A stretch of 63,975 nt of DNA, the filler included, from Reclinomonas americana ATCC 50394 (taxonomy: Eukaryota): NCBI GenBank assembly GCA_048213135.1. It is 6 parts of 4 records of this genome, joined end to end, with 100 filler letters (N's around TTAATTAATTAA, not from the genome) between each part and the next. Parts side by side here need not be neighbours in the genome. Positions count along the whole stretch, not along the records: positions 1 to 26,119 come from PS015097.1; 5 more parts are not named here. One strand, given 5' to 3'. The notes below the pieces were generated by a model. That model had not been told where the DNA came from and did not search any database. It worked only from the letters and a program-made list of their open reading frames with translations. The position numbers and the translations under genes were made by a program. Below are positions 1 to 12,902 of this stretch, in pieces (the stretch's first letter is position 1; every line of letters begins with the position of its first letter).

Positions 1-2039
1 GGTACTCCGCTGCGGTGGTCACGGAGAGTCTGTTCTTTGTGTGTGTAATGTGTATGATTTGCTCGCTCCGGATTGTCACCGCCTTGCTCTGAGACATCGT
101 TCATCCCTCGCCAGGCTGCAGCCAGCACCCCACACAGCATGCGGCAGTGAGTGAGCGATATCGCTTTGTTGATGCGTGCGGGCTTAGGAAGACCGACACG
201 GGACTCGTCCATGCGATATCGGCAGAACGGACAGTCAAGGTAGTGTCACAGATGGCGCTCCACTGCTCCGTACTCCTGTCCAGCGACGTTGCATTTCAAC
301 TACCCAACACTCTCTGCCAACGAGGACTGGCATGTCGGGCTGCTTGGATACGCAGCTGTGGCCCTGCACCCAAGAATCCAATGAGCACCGAGTCAGCGAC
401 ACCGCATCTCCTTGGATCGGCCCACAGCGAGGTTGATGAGGTACATACGACGAGCCTCAAGGAACAGGAGAGGAGCGACCAGCACAGCAGCACAGCAATG
501 GAAGAGGCAGCTGCGTCGTGAGGCTCGCCTCCTCTCACCCAACTCACAATCAATGCCTCGTGCCATCAATCACACTCACAGAGGTCGGTGAATCGTCTCA
601 CGCATGCACTGTGAAGCACGGAACAACATGTGGTCATGTCGCATGCCTCTTGCCAGCACGCCTGTGTTCTGATCACACGCAGAATTGAGTTAGTCAATCT
701 CCAAGTCTCACCAACTTACTCCTCAACGCAGATACAGAATGTGCACGCACCATGTGCTATGGCGCCAGCCTCGCACGTGCCTGCAGTCCTCCATGGCCAT
801 CACCATGGTCGCTCGGCAGTGCCAGCAACAGCCAAGGTGCTCATATCATCGATCCGCTCCGACTTGCCAGCCGGGATTGAAAACGATCCACCGACCAGGC
901 CATCCATTGCACATCACGTCACGCACATCCACCCAGCCACACACTCCATGATACGCACGGCCTGCATAATTGAGGTGAGTGGGAGGGAAGGAGGAAAAGC
1001 GAGATCACGAAGAACAAGTCCACACACCTGCTTCGTGCATGGTGGGATGCGGGTGGGGAGCCGACTGAGTGAGGTGACAGCCGGCAGCGGGCGATGCACA
1101 GCACGCCTGCAACCATAACGGAACAACGAGGGGGACCTTCCCCTAAGGTGCCTGCATGTCGGTACACTGTGAGCGAATGAAATGAGGAGGGAGAGAGATA
1201 TCTGCAGCTGCTCTGTCTCACTGAAAAACACACCGATCAGCACCTGATACCAAAACGCGTTTGGTCAAGAGGCAAGGCGAGGGATGATTCAGCACACACA
1301 TCCATCCTGCAAAGGAGAGGGAGAGAGAGAGAGAGAGCGAGCAGAGTCAGTATGCAGTCAGGCCATCTCACACACTTCGGCATCGAGAAGCTCACCATGA
1401 TGGACTGGCAGGATGGCAATCGTAACACGGTGAGCGGACCAGCAGGTCGACCTCGAGCTTGTGCGGCAAGGAGGGGTGGATGACTGGGGAATCAGATGAG
1501 CGCACAAAGGCAGGGAGATGGCGGAGAAAAAGATAGACTCTGCAGGAGGCAGGAAAAAGGGAGCCGCAAGGCATGCATTCTTCAGAACGAAAGGAGAATG
1601 TCCGCGACGCACAGGCACAATGGGAAGCAGGCAGTGATGCCAAAGTGGTGCCCAAATCAAGACGCGAGGAAACAACCATAGTTGACTCGCTCTCCTGAGG
1701 CGCATACATGCACGATGAAAGGTGCACGCACAACAGACACCACAAAGAGACAGAAAGACAAATCAGCTTCCAAAATGGTTCTTCTCGCTCGCACACACAA
1801 ATGGAGGTGAGAAAGAGACACACATACAGAGGGAGACATGCTTCACGCCCGCACAATCACATTCACACGACAGGGCAACAAGCACGGGAGAACAATTCTT
1901 CATAAACAAACTCTCTCTCTTCCTCTGTCATTCTCTCTCCCCAACCTCCATCCCGCATGTTCACCCACTCTTCCTCGCAAGACACGAAAAACAACTCACA
2001 ATCACCAGCAGCCACCTTCCCTTCCTTCGACTCACCAAC

Positions 2040-4085
2040 TCAGCACCGGAAAAGGACGACCTCGGCATCCTCGACGATGAAACAGCGCAGAACCAGCTCG
2101 GCAAGACATCGTGAATCTACTTCCTCCTCGTCCTCCTGCATCTCCTGCACAGCATGCATGGCCGAGCGCGCGGCGTCGAGTTCGAGACGAGCGAGGCCAC
2201 GCGGCGTGGACCACACTCGCACCGTCCTGTCGTACCCACCCGCACTCACAATGTGCTGACCATCGGGAGAGACGGCCACGGACGAAACCCATCCAGTGTG
2301 TCCCTCCAACTGTCGTACTTCCTCGCCACTCACCAGAGACCACATCCGCACTGTGCTGTCCTCGCTCCCACTCACAATATGCTGACCGCTGGGAGTAACA
2401 GCGACGGCGCGCACCCTTCCAGTGTGTCCCTCCAATCGTCGCACTTGGTCTCCACTTATCNNNNNNNNNNNNNNNNNNNNNNNNNNNNNNNNNNNNNNNN
2501 NNNNNNNNNNNNNNNNNNNNNNNNNNNNNNNNNNNNNNNNNNNNNNNNNNNNNNNNNNNNNNNNNNNNNNNNNNNNNNNNNNNNNNNNNNNNNNNNNNNN
2601 NNNNNNNNNNNNNNNNNNNNNNNNNNNNNNNNNNNNNNNNNNNNNNNNNNNNNNNNNNNNNNNNNNNNNNNNNNNNNNNNNNNNNNNNNNNNNNNNNNNN
2701 NNNNNNNNNNNNNNNNNNNNNNNNNNNNNNNNNNNNNNNNNNNNNNNNNNNNNNNNNNNNNNNNNNNNNNNNNNNNNNNNNNNNNNNNNNNNNNNNNNNN
2801 NNNNNNNNNNNNNNNNNNNNNNNNNNNNNNNNNNNNNNNNNNNNNNNNNNNNNNNNNNNNNNNNNNNNNNNNNNNNNNNNNNNNNNNNNNNNNNNNNNNN
2901 NNNNNNNNNNNNNNNNNNNNNNNNNNNNNNNNNNNNNNNNNNNNNNNNNNNNNNNNNNNNNNNNNNNNNNNNNNNNNNNNNNNNNNNNNNGTCTGGTCGC
3001 TGGCGAGTGGGATGGAGGGTGCGACGGCTGGTGGGACACACCAGCACGGTGATGTCTGTCGCCATCACCCCTGAGGGTCATCACATCGTGAGTGGGAGCT
3101 GGGACTGCATAGTGCGGGTGTGGTCGCTGGCGAGTGGCAAGGAGGTGCGACGGATGGAAGGACACACCGACACGGTGCGGTCTGTCGCCGTCACCCCCGA
3201 TAGTCAGCATATAGTGAGTGGGAGCGGGGACTGCACCGTGCGGGTGTGGTTGCTGGCGAGCGGGGAGGAGGTGCTGCGGTTAGAGGGACATACTGGATGG
3301 GTGCAGTCTGTCGCTGTCACACCTGATGGTCAGCACATCGTAAGCGGGGGCTGGGACTCCACCGTGCGGGTATGGTCGCTNNNNNNNNNNNNNNNNNNNN
3401 NNNNNNNNNNNNNNNNNNNNNNNNNNNNNNNNNNNNNNNNNNNNNNNNNNNNNNNNNNNNNNNNNNNNNNNNNNNNNNNNNNNNNNNNNNNNNNNNNNNN
3501 NNNNNNNNNNNNNNNNNNNNNNNNNNNNNNNNNNNNNNNNNNNNNNNNNNNNNNNNNNNNNNNNNNNNNNNNNNNNNNNNNNNNNNNNNNNNNNNNNNNN
3601 NNNNNNNNNNNNNNNNNNNNNNNNNNNNNNNNNNNNNNNNNNNNNNNTCAGAGCAAGGCGGGAGAAGAAAGGCGGGAAACGGTGACAATCCGGAGCGAGC
3701 AAAATCACACACACTCACACACACACGGAGAATGGCAACCAAGGTGTGAATGTGTGCGCACTTTTGCGTGGTTGGTGTCTGTGCGTGCATTCGTGTGCTT
3801 GTGCATGTGTGTGGTTGTCGTTTGTGTGTTTGTGCATGTGCGTCTCACCACGAGTGGTCGGCACAGATCATTCAGAGTCTCCCTTCCTCAGTGAGGTCCG
3901 TCACCGTCACTCCCGATTGCCAGCACATTGTTGGTGGATGCATGGACAAGACGATTCGAGTGTGGTCTCTGGCGAGTGGCAAGGAGGTGCGACGGCTGGA
4001 GGGACACGCTGGCGGGGTGTTCTCTGTCGCCGTCACTCCTGATGGTCAGCTTATTGTCAGTGGCGGTGGAGACTGTACCGTGCTT
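2040..4085 (-). CDS. 7-blade WD40 protein, A-type paralogue, split over three contigs (2040-2460 on -, 2991-3380 and 3648-4085 flipped onto +); apparent +1 frameshift near 3018
   Basis: MATK exon at 3732-3743(+) and acceptor at 3866/3867. The pieces join base-to-base when flipped (TVL|VWSL and WSL|ISGDQ), giving 7 repeats plus the tail STPRGLARLELDAAR...VLFRC*. There is one extra G in GGGATGGAGGGTGCG relative to paralogues (error or pseudogenisation). Confidence 0.8.
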
Positions 4086-6452
4086 NNNNNNNNNNNNNNN
4101 NNNNNNNNNNNNNNNNNNNNNNNNNNNNNNNNNNNNNNNNNNNNNNNNNNNNNNNNNNNNNNNNNNNNNNNNNNNNNNNNNNNNNNNNNNNNNNNNNNNN
4201 NNNNNNNNNNNNNNNNNNNNNNNNNNNNNNNNNNNNNNNNNNNNNNNNNNNNNNNNNNNNNNNNNNNNNNNNNNNNNNNNNNNNNNNNNNNNNNNNNNNN
4301 NNNNNNNNNNNNNNNNNNNNNNNNNNNNNNNNNNNNNNNNNNNNNGGCGTCGTCCATCCCTCGCCAGGCTGCAACCAGTACCCCACACAACATGCGGTAG
4401 TGTGTGAGCGATGTGGCTTCTTTGATGAGTGTGGGAATCCGAAGACCGACATGGGACTCGTCGATGCGAAATCGGCAGAATGGACATGCGAGGTGGTGGC
4501 TCGAGGTGGTGCTCCGCTGCACCGTGCTGCTGTCCAGCGACACTCTCTTTCGACTGACCTGCATTATCTCTCAACGAGGACTGGCATGTCGGTCTGCTTG
4601 GATACGCAGCTGTGGCCCTGGTGTGCTGATGCCACAGGCACACCCGAGAATCCATGGAACGCCGAGTCTTCGAAACCTCACACCTCATTGGATCGGCCCA
4701 CAGCGAGGCTGATTAGGGGCACACGAGGATGGAACAATGAAGAAAGATAGTCACAGGGAACAGGAGAGGAGCGACCAGTACAGTAGCACGTGCACAGCGA
4801 CGGACGAGGCAGCTGCGTCGTGAGGCTCGCCTCCTCTCACCCAAGTCACAATCAATGCCTCGCGCCTTCAATCACACTCACAGTCGGCCGGTGAATCGTC
4901 TCATGCATGCACTGTGTGGCACGCAACCACGTGTCTTCGCATGCCAGTGACGAGTCCCTTGCCAGCACGCCTGTCACACAGAATTGAGTCAGTCAATCTT
5001 CAAGTCTCACCGACTTACTCCTCAACGCAGATGCAGAACACGTACGCACCAGGCCACGCGCACGTCTGCAGTCTCCCATGGCCATCACCATCATTACTTG
5101 GCGGCGACAGCAGCAACCAAGAAGCGCACATCATCGATCCGCTCCGACTTGCCAGCCGGGATTGAAAACGATCCACCGACCAGGCCACCCATCGCACAGC
5201 ACGGCAAGCATCTGTGCATCCATGGGTAGATTGCCGAGCACGCGTCTGCAGTCTTCCATGGCCACCGGTACCAGCATCATCACTCGACAGAGACGGCGGC
5301 AGCCAAGGTGCACACATCATCGATCTGCTCCGACTTGCCAGCCGGGATTGAAAACGATCCACCGACCAGGCCATCCATCGCACATCACGGCACACATGTG
5401 TACTTCCACCCAGCCACGTTATCCATGACGTGCACGGCCTGCATCATTGAGGTGAGTGGGAGGGAAGGAGGAATGAGAGATCACGAAGAACAGGGCCACA
5501 CCTGCTGAGTGCGCGGTGGGATGCGAGTGGGGAGCCGAGTGAGTGAGTTGACGGTCGACAACGGGCGATGCACAGCACGTCTGCAATCGTCACAGCCGAC
5601 GAAGAACACGCGCTTCCAAGGTGCCTGCATGACGGTGTGCTGTGAGAGATATCTGCCCTGATCTTCTCACTGAGAAACACACCGATAAGCACCTGATACC
5701 AGCACGCGGTTGGTCAAGAGACAAGCCGAGGGATGCTTCTATACACACAACCATCCCGGCAAGGGAGAGGGAGAGAAGAATCAGCATGTAGTCAGGCAAT
5801 CTCACACACTTCGGCATCGGGAAGCTCACCGTGATGGACTGGCAGGATGGCAGTTGGTGCATCTTGAGCAGACCAGAATGCTCGGCCTTGAGCGAGTGCG
5901 GAAAAGAGGGGTGGATGGCTGCGGAAGCAGATAAGCGCACAAAGGAGGGAAACGGTGGAGAAAGAGAGAGACTCTGCAAGGGAGAAAAGGGAGAGCGGAA
6001 TGACAGGCATTTTTCAGAACCGGAAGGAGAATGTCCGCGGCGCACAGGCACCATGGGAAGCAGAGCAGTGATGCCAAGGAAGTGCGCATAAGAAGACGCG
6101 AGGAAATAGACAACGGTGACTCGCTCTCCTGAGGCGCATACATGCACGACGAAAGATGCGCGCACAAGAGACATCACAACAAGACAAAAAGACAACACAG
6201 ACTCCCAAGTGATTCATCGCGCTTGAAAGAGACACGCATACAGAGAGAGACACGCTTCATGGCCACACACTCACATTCACATGACAGGGCAACAAGCACG
6301 CGAGAACAACTCTGCATCATCAACAACGATCGTTCTCTCCTCCTCTGTCGTCCTCTCTTCCCCCACCTGCACCCCCGCGCAAGACACGAAAAAACAACTC
6401 AATGACACCAGCTGCAGCAGCCACCTTCCCTCCCTCCCTTCGACTCACCGAC

Positions 6453-7606
6453 TCAGCATCGGAAAAGGACGACCTCGGCATCCTCGACGATGAAGCAGCG
6501 CAGAACCAGCTCGGGAAGGCACCGTGAATCTTGTTCCTCCTGCATCTCCTGTACAGCCCGCGTGGCCGAGCGCGCGGCGTCGAGTTCGAAGCGAGCAAGG
6601 CCGCGCGGCGTGGACCACACTCTTACGGTCTTGTCCTTGCCACCCGCGCTCACAATGTGCTGACCATCGGGAGAGACGGCCACAGACGACACCCATCCAG
6701 TGTGTTGCTCCAACTGTCGCACTTCCTCGCCACTCGCCAGAGACCATACCCGAACGGTGCTGTCTCCGTACCCGCTAACAATGTGCTCACTATCAGGGGT
6801 GACAGCGACTGACCACACCTTTTCGGTGTGTCCGTCCAGCCGTCGCACCTCCTCCCCACTTGCCAGCGACCACACTCGTACTGTGCAGTCCCAGCTCCCA
6901 CTGATAATGTGCTGACCATCGTAAGTGACGGCAACAGAGTACACCCAGTCAGTGTGTCCCTCCAACCGTCGCACTTCTTCCCCGCTCGCCAGCAACCACA
7001 CCCGCACGGTGTTGTCGAAACTGCCGCTCACAACGTGCTTACCATCGGGAGTGACGACGACAGACAACACCCAGTTAGTGTGTCCCTGCAGCCGTCGGAT
7101 ATCCTTTTCATTCGCCAGCGACCACACCCGGATGGTGCTGTCTCCGCCGCCACTCACGATGTGCTGACCATCGGGGGTGACGACGACACAATACACCCAT
7201 AAAGTGTGTCCCTCCAACCGTCGCACCTCCATCCCACTCTCCAGCAACCACACACGTAGGGTGTTGTCTGCACCTCCACTCACGATGTGCTGGCCATCAG
7301 GGGTGACGGCGACAGATTGCAACCATCCAGTGTGTCCCACCAGCCGTCGCACCTCCTTGCCACTCGCCAGAGACCACACTCGAACGGTACTGTCCATGCA
7401 TCCACCGACAATGTGCTTGCCATCGGGAGTGACGGTGACGGACCTCACTGAGGAAGGGAGACTCTGAATGATCTGTGCCGACCACTCGCGGTGAGGCGCA
7501 TGCACACAGCAACATTCGAAGACACACAAACAATAACCGCGCACATGAACAAGCACACGAATACCAACCACGCAAAGTGCGCATACATTCACACCTTTGT
7601 TGCCAT
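6453..7606 (-). CDS. 7-blade WD40 protein, A-type (exons 7595-7606, 6453-7472; 343 aa)
   Basis: ATG GCA ACA AAG|gt...cag|ATC ATT CAG. Seven repeats of the form GH-x3-V-x-SVAVTPDGQHIVSG-x2-D-x-TVRVW followed by a conserved C-terminal tail. Confidence 0.92.
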
Positions 7607-7699
7607 TCTCCGTGTGTGTGTGTGCGTGTGTGTGATGTGCTCGCTCGGGATTTGTCACCGTTTCCCGTCTTTCTTCTCCCGCCTTGCTCTGAGACGTCG

Positions 7700-9640
7700 T
7701 CCATCCCTCGCCAGGCTGCAACCAGTACCTTACACACCATACAGCAGTATGAGAGCAATGTGGCTTCTTTGATGCGTGTGGGCTTTCGAAGACCGACATG
7801 GGACTCGTCGATGGGAAATCGGCAGGTGACACAAGGTGGCGCTCCACTGCATCGCACTGCTGTCCAGCGACACTCTCTTTCGACTGACCTGCATTATCTC
7901 TCAACGAGGACTGGCATGTCGGTCTGCTTGGATACGCAGCTGTGGCCCTGCACCCGAGAATCAATTGAGCACCGAGTCAGCGACACCTCACACCTCCTTG
8001 GATCGGCCCACAGCGAGGTTGATGAGGTGCACGTCATGATGGTACGACGAAGAAGGAGAGTCACAGGGGACAGGAGAGGAGCGACCAGTACAGTAGCACG
8101 TGCACAGCGATGGACGAGGCAGCTGTGTTGTGAGACACGCCTCCTCTCACCCAAGCCCAAGTCACAATCAATGCCTCGTGCCTTCAATCATACTCACAGT
8201 CGATCGGTGCATTGTCTCATGCACGCACTGTGTGGCACGGAACCACGTGTCTTCGCATGCCAGTGACGAGTCACTTGCCAGCACGCCTGTCACACAGAAT
8301 TGAGTCAGTCAATCTCCAAGTCTCACCAACTTACTCCTCAACGCAGATACAGAACACGTACGCACCAGGCCACGCGCGCATCTGCAGTCTTCCATGGCCA
8401 TCACCATCATTACTTGGCGGCGACAGCAGCAACCAAGAAGCGCACATCATCGATTCGCTCTGACTTGCCAACCGGGATCGAGAACGATCCACCGACCAGG
8501 CCATCCATCGCACATCACGACACGCATGTGTACATCCACCCAGCCACGCTCTCCATGACGTGTACGACCTGCATAATTGAGGTGAGTGGGAGGGAAGGAG
8601 GAAAGTGAGATCACGACGAACAAGGCCACACACCTGCATCGTGTATTGGTGGGATGCGCATGCGAGTGGGGTGCCAAGTGAGTGAGGTGATGACAGCCGG
8701 CAACGGGCAATGCACAGCACGTCTGTCATCGTCACGGCCGACGGCAAGCACGTACTTCCAAAGTGTCTGCATGCCGGTGTACTGTGAGCAAAAGAATGGA
8801 GGAAGGAGAGAGATATCTGCTCTGTCACACGTGGCGAATACACCAATCAGCACCTGATACCAATCAGCACCTGATACCAACACGCGTTTGGGCAAGAAGA
8901 CAGCCGAGGGCCGGTTCTGTGATAGAGAGAGAGAGAAGAGTCAGAATGCAGTCGGGCCATCTCACGTGCACACACTTCGGTATCTAGAAGCTCACCATGA
9001 TGAACTGGCAGGATGGCAGTCGGTGCAACATGAGTAGAGAAGCATGCTCGGCCTTGAGCGTGTGCGGCAAGGAGAGGTGGATGACTGGGGAAGCAGATGG
9101 GCACACAAAGGAGAGAGATGGTGGAGAAAGATAGAGACTCTGTAAGGGACAGAGAGAGTTAGAGAGAGAGCTGCAAGACAGGCATTTTTCAGAGTCGGAA
9201 GGAGAATGTCCGCGGCGCACAGGCACAATGGGAAGCACAGCAGTGATGCCAAAGTGGTGTCAAAGCAAGATACAATGAAACAATCATCGTTGACTCGCTC
9301 TCCTGAGGCGCATACATGCACGACGAAAGATGCGCGCACAACAGACTTCACAACAAGACAAAAAAACGCAAGAGACTCCCAAGTGATTCATCGCACTTGC
9401 ACACAAATGGAGGTGAGAAAGAGACACGCATGCAGAGGGAGACATGCTTCACGCCAGCACACTCACATTCACATGAAAGGGGAACAAGCACGGGAGAGCT
9501 CCTCGTAAACAACAATCTCTGCCTTTCTCTTTCGTCTTCTCTCTTCCCCAACCTCCATCCCGCATGTTCACCAACTCTCCCTCGCAAGACACGAAAAACA
9601 ACTCACAATCACCAGCAGCCACCTTCCCTTCCTTCGACTC
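7700..9640 (-). pseudogene. Decayed multi-exon gene remnant in the long spacer (representative of 5 copies)
   Basis: Recurrent polypyrimidine-cag acceptors and gtgag/gtaag/gtgtg donors on the minus strand flank protein-like blocks (GERVTVVYFLASS.AH.GITALLP; MDGLVGGSFSIPAGKSERIDDVR; YLINLAVGRSKE). Frames are broken differently in each copy. Confidence 0.5.
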
Positions 9641-9646
9641 ACCAAC

Positions 9647-10822
9647 TCAGCACCGGAAAAGGACGACCTCGGCATCCTCGACGATGAAGCAGCGCAGCGC
9701 CAGCTCTGGAAGACATCTTGAATCTTCTTCATCCTCCTGCATTTCCTTCACAGCTCGCATGGCCGAGCGCGCGGCGTCGAGTTCGAGGCGAGCAAGGCCA
9801 CGTGGTGTGGACCACACTCGCACGGTCTCGTCATAGCCACCCGCACTCACAATGTGGAGACCATCGGGAGAGACGGCCACAGACGATACCCATTCAGTGT
9901 GTCCCTCCAACCGTCGTACTTCATCGCCACTCGCCAGAGACCACACCCTAATGGTGCTGTCTCCGCTCCCGCTCACGATATGTTGGCCGTCGGGAGTGAC
10001 GGTGACAGACGACAACCAGTCAGTGTGTCCCTCCAACTGTCGCATTAGCTGTCCACTTGCCAGTGACCATACTCGCGCTGTCTCGTCATAGCTGCCACTG
10101 ACGACGTGCTGACCATCAGGAGTGACGGCGACAGAGTATACCCCTCCGTCGTGTCCCCTCAGCCGCCGCACTTCCTCCCCACTCGCCAGCAACCACACTC
10201 GCACGGTGCTGTCTCCGCTCCCGCTAACAATGTGCTCACTATCAGGGGTGACAGCGACAGACAACACCTTATCGGCGTGTCCTTCCAGCCGTCGCACCTC
10301 CTCCCCACTCGCCAGAGACCACACTCGTATTGTGCAGTCATAGCCGCCGCTGACAATGCGCTGGCAATCGAAAGCGACGGCGACAGACATTGCCGAATTG
10401 GAGTGTCCCTTCAATCGTCGCACTTCTTCTCCACTCTCCAACGACCACACACGTACGGTACAGTCTCCACCTCCACTCACGACATGCTGGCCATCAGGGG
10501 TGATGGCGACAGACAACACCCTTCCAGAGTGTCCCTCCAGTCGTCGCACTTCTTCTCCGCTCGCCAGAGACCACACGCGAATGATTCCGTCCACACATCC
10601 ACCAACAATGTGGTTGCCGTCGGGAGTGACGGCGATGGACCTCACCACATCGAGACTCTGAATGATCTGTGCCGATCATTCGCGGTGAGACGCACACGCA
10701 GCAGCGACATTCGAAGACACGCACATGCACAAACAACTGCCGCACACACGCACGAACACACGAATGCATGCACAGACACCAACCACGCAAAAGTGCGCAC
10801 AAATTCACACCTTTGTTGCCAT
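9647..10822 (-). CDS. 7-blade WD40 protein, A-type (exons 10811-10822, 9647-10666; 343 aa)
   Basis: Same micro-exon and intron structure, 7 WD40 repeats, open frame. Confidence 0.92.
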
Positions 10823-10882
10823 TCTCCGTGCGTTGTGTGTGTGCGCGCGCGTGTGTTCGTGCGTGCGTGCGTGCGTGCGTGC

Positions 10883-10956
<74 letters not shown>

Positions 10957-11768
10957 TAAGTAAAGAGAGAGACGGAAGCACTGATTCATCGGACGGAGCA
11001 TCAACATCAACTCTCGCGCGTGTGTGCGCCTCGTGGTGCCGTCTGTGTCTCAGTGCCCCCTGTCTCTCTGCGTCCTCGTCGCGGTGCTCCCTTCTCAACC
11101 AGCAATGTGAGCGAGATGTTGCGGAATTGAATGTGCATGCATGCCTGCCGAGCCAACTCGACACGCCATGAGCATCAACTCGTCCGAGCCGCGTGTGAGT
11201 CGGGTGGAGAGGCAACAACACACGATTCTGAAAGAGAGCGAAGAGGCAGCACAGTTCGTGAGTGGGGTGCGTCACACCAGTTGTCAGGGCACACACGCAC
11301 GCGTGGGAAATGAGTGCGCAGGGCAAGCGCACTCCCTCCCCGTGGCGTGGGGTGAGAAGAGTGGCCGTCTGAATCGATGCCTAACGCGCTCTCCGTGTTC
11401 ACGCGGTGCCAGTGTGAGAGGGGGGAGGCGGGCGAAGATGCCACTTCAAAAAGCTGCAGGCTGGCATCTCCACTGCGTTCGAATGACAAAGCGACATGAG
11501 GGGTGGGTGGATGGGAGAGCGAGGACTCGCCCAACGCCGAGCAGAACGCGTGTCTATTCATTCCATGGTCTCATCTCAATCGCCCGCACTCATCCACACA
11601 CACCTCGCACCCGCATTCTCTTCTTGCAATCCCACTGCACAGCACTGTATCTGCTTTCCGGCTGCCTGCACTTGGCAAGGCAGTGGAGAAGCACGTGTGA
11701 GGCGGTGTGGCGGTCAACATGAGAGAGTCGCGCAGTGACAGCCATCAGTCATCGTACATTCATTGAGC

Positions 11769-12902
11769 TCACTCCGTCCAGCACCGTCCAGGCGCACGGC
11801 GTTCAATCATCTCTGCATCCTCCAACACGAAACACCGCAGCACAACATCGACGAGGATCCAGTCACGATCATCTTCGGCGAGAAGCTCGTTGACGGCCAA
11901 CACGGCCAGTCGTGCGGCCGCAATCTCTTGCCGCGCCAGCCCACTCGGCGAAGACCACACTCGGATCGTTTTATCCTGACTGCCACTCACGATGTGCTGG
12001 CCATCGGCAGAGACTGCAACAGACCACACCGAGCCAGTGTGCCCTTCTAAACGTCGCACTTGTTGCCCGCTCACCACCGACCACATGCGCACCGTGTTGT
12101 CCACTCCACCAATCAAAACGTGCTGGCCGTCGGGAGTGACGGCAACAGACAGCACTGCACCGTTGTGCCCCTGCACCCGTCGCACTTCTCCTCCAGTTGC
12201 CAGCGACCACATTCGTACCGTATGGTCATCGCCCCCGCTCACAACATGCTGACCGTCGGGAGAGACGGCGACAGACCACACTTTTCCAGCGTGCCCTTCC
12301 AGTCGCCGCACTTCCTTTCCACTCGCGACAGACCACACCCGAATTGTGCTGTCCCAGCTGCCACTGACAATGTGGTGACCGTCCGGCGTGATGGCGACAG
12401 AGAGCACCATGCCAGAGTGCCCCATCAACCGTCGCACAAGTGCCCCATTCGCCAGTGACCACACCCGCACTGTCTTGTCCTCACTGCCGCTCGCAACGTG
12501 CAGGCCATCGGGAGTAATGGCGACAGACAACACCCAGTCGATGTGTCCCTTCAACCGTCGCACTTCCTCTCCACTCGCCAGTGACCACACTCTCACTGTG
12601 TTATCCATACCGCCAGTCACAACGCGCTGGCCGTCAGGAGTGACAGTGACAGACATCACCCATCCAGCGTGTCCCACCAACCGCCACACCTCCTTGCCAC
12701 TCGCCAGTGACCACACTCGCACCGATCCATCATCGCCGCCGCTCACGATGCGCTGGCCATCGGGAGTGATGGCGACACATCGCACCGCGTCTGTGTGACC
12801 CCGCAAGACCTATGTCACACGATGAGACATGTACATGTACATGTATACGTAGAGCAGCCACACACGCATCCCTCGCGTGTGTGAGCGCACCTTGGTTGTC
12901 AT
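11769..12902 (-). CDS. 7-blade WD40 protein, B-type (exons 12891-12902, 11769-12809; 350 aa)
   Basis: ATG ACA ACC AAG|gt...tag|GTC TTG CGG GGT CAC. Seven repeats and a divergent tail SPSGLARQEIAAARLAV...LVDVVLRCFVLEDAEMIERRAPGRCWTE*. Confidence 0.92.

Noticed and set aside
7473-7964. N-terminal extension of ORF 6453-7964 (503 aa) as an extra domain
   Set aside because: Read-through of intron and upstream DNA. It is not open in other paralogues, which all use the MATK micro-exon.
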